Source: Bacteroidales bacterium (GTDB lineage: Bacteria > Bacteroidota > Bacteroidia > Bacteroidales > VadinHA17). Taken from it: 64,000 bases of DNA. Where the stretch lies: contig JBFYPG010000187.1 of assembly GCA_041303415.1 (NCBI GenBank), positions 9,902 to 73,901 of the forward strand, given 5' to 3'. This document shows, piece after piece, positions 34,801-35,601 of the stretch. The notes beneath the pieces were generated by a model, which saw nothing but the letters and a program-made list of their open reading frames with translations, ran no database searches and was not told the origin of the DNA. How positions within the stretch are numbered: position 1 is the stretch's first letter; every line of letters starts with the position of its first letter. A program made the translations under genes and the position numbers.

Positions 34801-35162
34801 AATACGGAGTCTATTATGTGGCCATTTCCGATAATGATGTGTGCTATACGAACAGCGATTCAGTCAGCATACCTACAGGTTTCCATACCGGTATTGAGGA
34901 TATTGATCCTTTTCTGACGATGAATATTTATCCCAATCCGACATCGGGGAAGATCACTGTTGATATGGAGAACCAGGAGTTCGGCGACCTGAATATAACA
35001 ATTGTTACAATTGACGGACGGGAGGTTTACAGCAACAAGTTTGAAAAGTCCACAGAATATTTCTCAGTTGAGATTGACCTGAGCGACAGGGCGGAAGGGA
35101 CCTATTTTGTCAGGTTTACATTAGGGAAATCTTCAGCTGTGAGGAAGATTATAATAGAATAG
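7875..35162 (+). CDS. Giant secreted FG-GAP/VCBS-repeat protein (9,095 aa): signal peptide, 15 x [seven-bladed propeller + FN3-like domains], 2 PKD, an Ig-like domain and a T9SS C-terminal sorting domain
   Basis: A single stop-free ORF of 27,288 nt. The ATG at 7875 is followed by the signal peptide MRVPSLKRLVLVTAFSATVFSLFSQ. There are 105 blades of the form W-G-D-[YF]-[DN]-N-D-G-x-x-D-I-L-(L/I)-T-G ... (I/V)-Y-R-N-N-G-(D/N)-N-T-F-(T/S)-E-Q. FN3-like units read PPAPSGLS..W..V.GD.TP...MSYN.RIGT.PGG...YYWSVQA.DNG and NWTRGNG..CAVFAKK...GTA.P..GT.Y.A...FG.G.QIG.SGWYCVYNG...V.VTGLEP.T.Y.F.V.EY. WDFGDG PKD motifs are at about 34267 and 34510. The terminal sequence is MNIYPNPTSGKITVD...GTYFVRFTLG...RKIIIE. 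Confidence 0.93.
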   Translation: MRVPSLKRLVLVTAFSATVFSLFSQTFVEQTGISLPGIQRGTVAWCDYDRDGDLDILISGDNLTSIYRNGGSNTFTEQTSITLEGVWQGSAAWGDFNNDGYPDILVTGYSSSGAISKVYRNNGNNTFTGQTSIILKGVGDSSVDWGDYDGDGDLDILLTGDGYSRIYSNNSDNTFTWQTGISLRSISSGSAAWGDYDRDGDLDILLTGWDNSRIYRNNGNNTFSEQTSISFIGISCSSVDWGDYDNDGYLDILLTGSDNPGTPLSKIYRNNGDNSFSEQTGIGLTGVNNGSATWGDYDNDGLPDILLTGNSSGGPVSKVYRNNGNNTFSELTGITIPGVDYSCAVWGDYNNDGKLDILMAGDTHSGNVTKVYQNATSTANSAPATPTGLNGAAGTSSVTFNWNTVTGDATPSGGMSYNLRIGTAPGGTDVISPLSLASGSRLLPETGNTGLSVNFTLKNPKKATFYWSVQAVDNGFKAGAFASEQLVTFSSSIQASYVFADSIRESSIQLNWIRGNGTACAVFAKKDNSGTASPSNGTLYTANSVFGNGQQIGSTGWYCIYNGTGSTVKVTGLAPVTEYIFQVFEYEAGPSYYSQTGESNPAVIQTNGFEEQAGIALQGVNNGSAEWFDYDRDEDLDIILAGDGMTKIYRNDGSNVFNEQVGIIPETISNGSVSTGDYNNDGFPDILMSGDGPGVTKIYRNNGGISFTFQSGIILPAISNGSAEWGDYDNDGDLDIVIAGNGFIRIYRNNHDNTFSWQSEIELPGTAESSTEWGDSDNDGDLDLLVTGWNTTRVYRNNGDNTFTEITGQPFHGVSWGSTSWGDYDNDGWIDILLTGNGAARVYRNNHDNTYSYQSSIILADTWNSSGAWGDFDNDGYSDILLTGCCPAGSVSSVFRNNGNNTFSEQKGIILTSICNGTAVWGDYNSDGRLDILLSGGSPTGNITKVYSNSLLSSNAVPPAPSGLSSVVNETSVLLQWNDVTGDATPVNSMSYNIRIGTSPGGSEIKSPLSLSSGRRLISANGNAQLNNQFILRNLPKGTFYWSVQAVDNGFSGGPFAAEQSFTWSVSNPASGIIADSIKTSSLILNWTRGNGSACAVFAKKENSGSASPVNGTAYTGDPVFGNGTQIETSGWYCIYNGTGSSVKVTGLDILSYYIFHVIEYEAGPSYYSAVGENNPAVLQTNAFTLRSDFTFPNLNHGSPEWCDYDRDGDLDVLLAGDGWSKIYRNEGGTDFIEQTGIVLVGVSNCAMAWEDYDLDGYPDILITGDGPSGQISKIYRNNQDSTFSEQAGIVLQGVRSSSVAWGDYDNDGDPDILLTGSGFSQIYSNNGNNTFTWQNGINLQSIDDGSAAWGDYDRDGDLDIVLTGWGNSKIYRNNGNNSFTDQTTIFLQGVHNSSAVWGDYNNDGYPDILLTGWDNIKQISKIYRNNGDNTFTDQASIIMKGIQGGAAAWGDFDNDGFIDILLSGWSSSGNTTKVYRNNGDNTFTEQTGIELPQVSNGSVSWGDFNNDGRLDIFLTGAGDGYNLSAIFQNNLPQSNTAPSAPSGLSSTTDESSITFNWSGVTGDATPPDGMSYNVRVGTTPGGSDVVSPVSLASGTRLIPVYGNARSNYKFVLKNPEKATYYWSVQAIDNGFLAGAFAAEQSVTFSSPLQASMLFTDSIMPSSLKLNWTRGNGTACVVFAKKANTGTAAPADGTSYTANSVFGSGSQILTSGWYCVYNGSGTNVKITGLEPLTYYIFQVIEYDSGPVYTTITGQNNPVVQQTNAFTEITGLTIPGVNNNSAAWCDYDRDGDLDLLTAGDGITKIYRNEGSDTFNEQSSIVLTGVSNSGLAWGDYNNDGYPDILLTGDGPSGPVSKVYRNNGNNSFTEQTGITLMGVSNSSVAWGDFNNDGLSDILLSGHNNTGNGITRIYRNNGDNTFTWQESIVLTGVSESSVSWGDIDNNGFSDILVRGWGGTRLYRNNGDNTFTELSTTNWKGASWGSSSWGDYDNDGWLDLLLTGDGYTYVYSNNRNGSFSEVTNVVLDQVWQGSGSWGDFDNDGYADILLSGYTSTTSITKVYRNNGDKTFTYQPGIALTGIGNGNAIWGDYNNDAKLDIFLIGNNANGNTARLFKGGMPTSNSSPSAPSGLSATANEESIIFRWNRVAGDATPAKAMSYNVRLGTTPGGSEIVSPMSLPAGKRLAPDPGNAFADTLFIYKNPPKATYYWSVQAIDNGLSAGPFASEQSITYSYSAQASHVSADSIRALDMVIRWVRGNGSGCAVFAKQGSSGTALPLNGTSYAADPEFGNGSQIGTSGWYCVYNGTGTNVRVTGLEPATTYIFSVVEYEPGLAYYTSTGADNPGIIRTHLFAEQSGITLPGIGNRSSVSWCDYDRDGNLDILLTGDGISKIYRNEGSGSFIEQTEIILEGVWGAASAWGDYDCDGYPDLLITGWISAGYNASRIYRNNGNNTFTWQSSIALIGVGNGAVAWGDYDNDGDPDIILTGSRYSKIYRNNGDNTFTELTGISLYGVEVSSVEWGDYDLDGDLDILLSGQTSSNGMTKLFRNNGDNTFTEQNGIEFNRTTDGSAAWGDYNNDSYPDVLVAGWGNSYLYKNNGNNTFTWQSNIVTEGIHQCTVNWADYDNDGLLDVLLTGNDNNNNLISKVFRNTGSNSFTEQIDIVLRGVNRGSAAWGDYDNDGKIDILLTGNTTSGNITRIYKNYTASANAAPPAPAGLSAVVNESSLVFRWNRVSGDATPAKGMTYNIRIGTVPGGSDVVPPMSLSSGSRLIPWVGNTGSDTLFILRYPEKATYYWSVQAIDNGLKAGAFASELSIAYSSRIQASQVAAVNVEANILRLEWRRGNGSASAVFAKKGTTGTALPADGTTYSADQVFGSGNQIGTSGWYCVYNGTSSGVNISGLEPLTNYIFHVIEYDPGPSYYTQTGQANPALIMTNVFSRQTGISLQGVSGSSVAWGDYDGDGDPDILLTGYKLNNERISRIYRNDGSNTFTEQTGVYLQGVQNGSAEWCDYDNDGDLDILISGEGISKIYRNNGAGSFSEQSGIVFPGMNQSSVAWGDYDNDGFQDILLTGHNSNWITISKIYRNNGNNSFTEQSGITLPPMGNSTVAWGDYDNDGYRDILLGAYKIYHNNSDNSFSELTGVDLYGLNESSVSWADYNNDGFLDIFITGSSNAESFAKLYRNNGNSTFTEESGLNIKGIYQGSATWGDFDNDGNTDLLLTGGGLVKIYRNQGNNTFAEYPDLLQAGLQNSSAAWGDYDNDGRLDILLSGQSGSGYITAIYKNVAGSVNTAPEAPIELSSSIDETSIVFKWNRTTGDITPGKGMSYNVRAGTNSGAVNTISPMSLSSGARLIPAMGNAFSDTLLVLRNPKKANYYWSVQAVDNGYKAGMFAAEQSVTYALSVQASNVFADSIKTTALKLYWTRGNGSACAVFAKKSDSGTASPVNGTVYNADPVFGSGSQIGSSGWYCVYNGIKNYVVVTGIEAAVGYIFHVIEYEAGPSYYTQTGQSNPFMLQPSILSEQSSISLANLGNGASVAWGDYDNDNDLDILITGDNQSLIYRNDGSNIFTQQNGITLQGIWQGSVAWGDYDNDGDLDILLSGAINTGSVSKVYRNNGNNSFTDQTDIILTGLSSCSAAWVDFNKDGRLDISLAGNGNSGSVTSLYRNDGNNLFTGLAGFGIPGLSSSSIAWGDYDNDGYPDALVSGNSPEGTISRIYRNNGNSTFTWQEGISLSGINDGAVAWGDYNNDGLQDILISGNGISKLYRNNGNNTFSEQTGIQLEGLSSSSAAWGDYDNDGYADLILTGWTNTSKAVSILYHNDGNNTFSEKTDVYLTDANDGSAAWGDYNNDGRLDLLLSGTDEYGARFTRIFRNYAPIANVPPAAPADVSVTGTSTSLILHWEGVEGDATPAGSMNYNVRIGTSPGGSDIVSPMSLHTGSRLLPKHGNAWSDTLFILNTPAKATYYLSVQAIDNGFAAGPFSTEQTYSYSQSIQASLVIADSVQATTLKLLWTRGNGTACAVFARKAESGTASPADGTTYTANPLFGSGSQIGTTGWYCVYGGTDNHVKITGLEPLTTYVFHVIEYEPGPSWYTQSGQGNPLVVQTSLFSEIKNSGLRGISSGSAAWGDYNNDGDLDVLLTGYDLSGRITRLYRNNGDSTFTGQSDIIFPQLSESSAAWGDYDNDNDLDLILTGSSDERLISQVYRNDGSNTFTGQTEISLTPVNQSSVAWGDYDNDGWLDILLSGDNGNGQITKIYRNYGNGTFVNQPSIMLPGLSGGSVEFGDYDNDADLDILISGNNYNRIYRNNGDNSYSELSEVYLRGVSGGEAIWGDYDNDRDLDILVTGNGSTVIYRNNGNNIFEEQTGIALEGIHGASAAWADYDNDGNIDILLAGYDNTWIPVSKVYRNNGSNSFTEQTGIRLEGAGNSTVAWGDQNNDNKLDILLAGSNRNSNIIRLYSNNILSSNILPPAPSGLTAAATESSIILKWNRITGDETPSGGMMYNVRIGTAPGKGDVVTPMALSSGRRLLPGRGNAQSDTAFILKNPQKLTYYFSVQAIDNGYSAGPFAAEQTITYTYSLQASRIVTGEVQGSKLELVWTRGNGAGCAVFARKGTGSTAAPADGAVYTADEYFGSGTQIGTSGWFCVYNGTGSEADVSGLEGLSQYTFHVIEYDAGLKYDTRSAQNNPLMVQTGLFDKQTGITIPGLSGSSMAWGDYDNDGDPDLLITGSSSTENISRIYRNEGGNSFTEQTGISLQGIRRGSPAWGDYDNDNDLDILLTGSGYSKVYTNNGDNTFTEQTDIALIPVQNSSSAWGDYNNDGYMDILITGNSAGGNVSKVYRNNGNNTFTEQTGILLQGVSLGSACWGDYDNDHDLDILLTGSTTDNVSGAIVRIYRNNGDNTFTEQTDISIYGVFENSAAWSDYDNDGDLDITISGQSSIGFISRIYRNNGDYTFSYQASISLPGLWQGAITWGDFDNDGDPDLILAGTVQGGSYGSMVRFFSNNNDNNFTEMPEIVLPGIYNGTVKAADYNMDGNLDLAVSGLDLNNFLYSGLFLNRSSVANDPPPAPSGLTAASDETSLTLSWMRVTGDITPSGGIGYNVRIGTSPGGTEIVTPMALSSGERLIPVNGNSGSDTVFVYRAPRKTTYYWSVQAIDDAFNAGPFSAEQTYTYSISVQASQVAVERVEGSGINLKWTRGNGTGCLVFAKKGSDVSALPEEGTTYTAGAYFGSGSQIGTSGWYCVYSGTGSSVAISGLESLTTYTFHIVEYDPGPVYDTRTAAGNPLITETGLFDEQTGIVLQGVSQGSVAWGDYDSDGYPDVIVTGSGYTRIYRNNGDNTFALTVTLPGVFNSSAAWGDYDNDGDIDIMLTGSSSSRIYRNDGSDTFTELPGAGLTGVSSGSSAWNDYDSDGDMDILQTGRLSSGEALSRIYLNNGNGTFTGQPQISLPNVFYSSAAWGDYDNDGLSDILITGTTNGSSSGALSKIYRNNGDNTFSEQTGIVLPGVYYSSSIWFDYDADGDLDILLTGNTVSQSLLPVSKIYRNNGENSFTEQTAINLTGVYQGSVTWGDFNNDGYADIILTGKSAAGEFISKAYLNNGENNFTEQKSIVLPGVINSSVQMSDYDRDGRPDLLVSGQASSGLISGIHRNMSAVPNSPPLPPAGLSALATENALVLKWNRVTGDVTPDKSITYNVRIGTSSGGTEVVSPMALASGSSLIPYPGNAGEDTVFTLRYPRKATYYWSVQSADNGLMTSPFAAEQTFDYTVSVQASQVYAGNIQGSGIDLTWRRGNGSFCAVFAKEGTSGIAAPDNGVTYTSSQVFGSGSEIGTSGWFCIYSGTGNKTQVTGLQPVKSYIFQVIEFDAGLLYYTQSGQGNPVVVRTGLFSMQTGVTIPGVVNGSASWGDFDNDGDPDILITGNSASGRLSKIYRNNGDNTFTENTGVTLPVISNGSGAWGDYDNDRDLDILLTGTTNGTAAGALSKVFRNDGGGLFTEQPSIILEGVYHSSAAWGDYDNDGWTDILLTGTTDGSSSGAVSRIYRNNGNNTFTKQTGIELPGVYYSSAAWGDYDNDNDLDILIAGNQLSRIYRNNGDNTFTEQSGITLPGISGGSVAWGDYDNDSDLDILITGSSLSGNNSRIYRNNGDNTFTAQTSVSLTAVSGSTGIWGDYDNDGLTDISITGKAGATSADIITKFYRNIGNNSFAEQPNLSLEGIYLSSFAWGDYDNDAKPDILLTGQNPDYTPVSRIYRNLSLTANTPPATPSGLLTVISDTSVLFTWNKAADDETPSGGLSYNIRIGSSSGSDDIVASMSLTAGKRLVPGTGNAQTGTSYLLKYPKKETYFWSVQAIDQGFLAGAFSEEKSFSYTASVQARMVFADNIRPTSADLHWHRGNGSVCTVFARKGSSGTAVPADGTTYNAGSQFGTGSQIGTTGWFCVYNGTGNNVSITGLEPMNNYIFHVIEYEEGPLYNILKGQGNPLMIQTDLFLEQTGIKLNAVSSGSAAWGDYDNDKDLDILLTGSGISKIYRNNDNNTFTEQTTITLPGVTNSSSSWGDYDNDGDLDILLTGGNISRIYRNNSDNTFSEQSAIMLPGVSYSSSAWGDSNNDGFPDILLTGRLASQDYFSGIYLNNRNNTFTEQTGILLTGVNNSSVAPGDYNHDGYLDILMTGNSTSGPVSKIYLNNRDNTFTEQTSVSLEVVAYSSASWCDYDNDEDLDILITGNSISKVYRNNGDNTFTEQSGIILQGVAYSSSAWGDFDNDGYSDILITGTTDGAASGAVSKFYRNNGDNTFTEQTGINLTGVYNSSVACGDYNNDGSLDVLLAGTTANGQNISKVYANFTENTRPVPVKPELISSTVTDTTIVFRWKKLRQDNIPVKGISYNIRMGESPSSSNILSSMTLPSGLRLIPARGNVGSDTIFELRNPRRANYYWSVQAIDNRYGAGEFSTEQSFNFGNWMQATYLVASDIQASRLTLNWTRGNLSDCIVFAKKGNRGMAQPEVGRPYDANSKFGNGTQIDTTGWYCVYRGPDNSVTISNLESLTEYIYNVIECDGATSYFNFDGRQGNPLVVRTGTFTEMNTISIYGIRNGSIAPGDYDNDSDMDVLVTGNGTSRIYRNMGNNIFAAQNAIILTGISNGSSAWGDYNNDNYIDILITGLSAANISVSKIFRNNGNNTFTEQTGINIRGVSGSSAAWGDYDNDGYTDLIITGKSEANDYISTIYRNNRDNTFTEQTGISFPGVCSGSVAWGDYDNDGDLDILLTGFNNNNIPVSGIYRNNGDNSFTEMTGIGLKGVARSSVDWGDYDNDGDLDIILSGESGTSVVEYITRVYRNNGDSTFTELNSALLRGVHSGSVAWGDYDSDGLSDILLTGYSGTIESQYCSAVYRNNGDNSFTEQPGINLLKVYNSSVKWADFDKDSKPDIFLAGYNPNYGSVTRIYRNQYPKPNNRPSPPAGLSTTSDETSLILSWDIVPGDETPGAGMSYNVKIGTSPGSGDVVTGMALTSGSRLVPEPGNARNDTLFILKYPQRATYYWSVQAIDNGFAPGHFAAEQSYMFTTLLQASKLFADSIQVTALTLHWNRGNGTACAVFARKGSGGNAVPENNTDYTANSIFSSGSQIGTTGWYCVYNGSGNKVRITGLELLTDYTFQVVEYDPGPLYFTQTGQGNPVVVQTSIFSEQTDISLTGLSYGSVAWGDYDNSNYLDILITGTASATYSGAAAKIYRNNGNNTFSDQVVISLPGVTNGSALWGDYNNDGYTDILLTGLDINNTSVSRIIRNNGNNSFSEQTDISLAGVRESSAEWADFNNDGKLDVIITGTSASGNVTKIYRNSGANLFSEQQGLNLPGVTNGSVACADYDNDGFTDILLTGSGLSRIYRNAGNPFMMEFTEQQGIDLPGVTKSSAAWSDYDSDGDLDVLLAGYDITGNIPVSKIFRNNNGEFEESGIILIGVAGSSVADNSVAGASETIWGDYDNDGDPDLLLTGETSSGRICRVYSNNGNGTFKDQSNFSLPGVRYSSAAWGDYDNDGDLDIIISGEQGTSRITRIFRNEILTFNTIPEVPSGLGVSAAAPNTILYWNSVRTDETAYRGLTYNIRMGTTAGGNQIIPAMSSASGKRRISAMGNSQLDTFFVFQNLKPGTYYWSVQAVDNGFAGGAFAEEKSFTIDSIQASRLEGKLVTANKNALLIKWKNGNGERRVVFCKQGSTGLALPSANTTYSADNIFGYGDQIGTTGWYCVFNGRGDSTIVTGLSQGIPYSFHVVEYVGNTGSEIYYRSSGENNPGIFSCGLFSEQSDIELDKVYNSSVTWGDYDNDGDLDILLTGNNYPESESTAISKIFRNNGNNSFTEQTGINLFGVQNGSVSFGDYDNDNDLDILLTGLTEGAFPVTKIYRNNANNTFTEQIGISLIGVSYSSAGWGDFNNDGWLDILITGQGAGSNLISKVYRNNRDNTFTEQVEINLEHVAKGSSSWSDYDNDGDLDILITGNNLSGSQNSVSMVYANNSDSTFTHLDKTVLPGVMNSSASWGDYDNDGDPDILLTGYNNEGTVVYLSRIYRNNGDSTFTWQSGIKLEGVANSSAAWGDFDNDGDLDILISGRLVNGGYTTKIYRNDRINIFAEVTDITFTGVGYGSVVWGDYDNDGDIDILMTGQSAGSTVVTKIYRNNAIMKAGDYQSNRRAEAPANLTAVRLPEGIKLSWSPVRADETPPGAMTYNINIQPEAGGLPAMSALADTVTGYRRIVAMGNVQTDTTFLIRNLIPGKYRWKIQAVDQGYRGGQWAIGPVINAKNVQAFFDADTVCRKQVTGFTNRSTSFRDPILTYSWDFGDGTTDDTEDAVHTYTTSGTHTVRLAVSTAFDTDTLFKEVYIYPVPVIDFSTEGLCEGVETVISNLTVTTGFTIDRWNWDFGDERESSQKNPGSHNYLNSGNYSMTLIAETSNGCVDSTQKNITIADALPEPAIYAKGPKVWYLASSNDTAKYYRWYCNYELIDGADKNVYVANRKYGVYYVAISDNDVCYTNSDSVSIPTGFHTGIEDIDPFLTMNIYPNPTSGKITVDMENQEFGDLNITIVTIDGREVYSNKFEKSTEYFSVEIDLSDRAEGTYFVRFTLGKSSAVRKIIIE
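7947..34165 (+). repeat. Array of 15 in-frame super-modules (about 1.72-1.85 kb each) inside the giant CDS
   Basis: The W codon of the Y-Y-W-S-V-Q-A motif (or its equivalent) falls at 9273, 10998, 12741, 14487, 16239, 17979, 19743, 21501, 23289, 25062, 26859, 28617, 30417, 32238 and 34092. Approximate module starts are 7947, 9699, 11421, 13161, 14910, 16660, 18400, 20165, 21922, 23710, 25485, 27280, 29045, 30840 and 32670. Modules 1-14 are 7 blades + FN3-A + FN3-B. Module 15 is 7 blades plus a variant FN3-A only. Copies are diverged at the DNA level, with only about 20-26-nt identical words. Confidence 0.85.
34170..34660 (+). other. Two PKD domains within the giant protein
   Basis: QAFFDADTVC...YSWDFGDGTTDDTEDAVHTYTTSGTHTVRLAV and FSTEGLCEGV...WNWDFGDERESSQKNPGSHNYLNSGNYSMTLIAETSNGC. 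These carry the classical WDFGDG...H.Y...G.Y.V.L PKD signature. Confidence 0.8.
34921..35159 (+). other. T9SS (Por) C-terminal sorting domain of the giant protein
   Basis: The last ~80 aa are MNIYPNPTSGKITVDMENQEFGDLNITIVTIDGREVYSNKFEKSTEYFSVEIDLSDRAEGTYFVRFTLGKSSAVRKIIIE. This has the (I/L)YPNP(T/A)xG ... G(T/I/M)Y(F/L)(V/L) ... K(I/L)(I/V) pattern of type-A CTDs (TIGR04183-like). Confidence 0.85.
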
Positions 35163-35601
35163 AGGTGCTTGTTGCTGGTTGCTTGTTGCTGGTTCCCTTT
35201 GAATTTTGAGTCTACTCCGAAAAGTTTTTTTACCACCAAGGCTCCAAGGCACAAAGTTACTCCAAGAATAAGTCATTGAAAGATAAACTCTTGGTGAACC
35301 TTGGTGTCTTTGTGTCTTCGTGGCAATTTTATTATTTGGATTTATCTGGAATTTGGAATCTGAAATCAAACAACCACGGAGACACAGAGTGCACGGAGAT
35401 ACACAGAGTCGCCTCTTCCCGCCCTCTCGCCCTCCATTGTCCGCCGAAGTCCCGAGTACTCGGGACGAAGGCGGATCCCCATCTCCCCATCCTTCTTCTT
35501 CGTCCCAACTTTCTCTGCTTTAGTCAAATAAGTCGGGGTTCATTTGCTTTTAACAGGGATTTTGAGTAATTTTTCTATTTATTTTGTTAAACCTGATTGA
35601 G
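35163..35601. repeat. Repeat-rich spacer between the two giant paralogues
   Basis: There is a tandem 14-mer GCTTGTTGCTGGTT x 2 (35167-35194, heptad-periodic TTGCTNG). The words CACCAAGG/CCTTGGTG and CACAAAG/CTTTGTG occur on both strands (35232-35323). There is a tandem CACGGAGA(C/T)ACACAGAGT x 2 (about 35384-35420). The stem CCGCC-GAA-GTCCCGAG-TA-CTCGGGAC-GAA-GGCGG (about 35441-35474) has a perfect 8-bp palindromic core. Confidence 0.7.

Noticed and set aside
35133-35569. Three overlapping ORFs in the spacer between the giant genes (78, 97 and 67 aa).
   Set aside because: They are low-complexity translations of the short DNA word repeats. They overlap one another on both strands and have no plausible start context. 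They are treated as non-coding repeat DNA.
35584-35601. The TTG start proposed by the ORF track for the paralogue (MLNLIEMKR...).
   Set aside because: The ATG at 35602 gives a canonical signal peptide (MKRILLKTQVTLWFLLIISAGLYSQ). The 6 extra codons add nothing, and TTG is a weak start.
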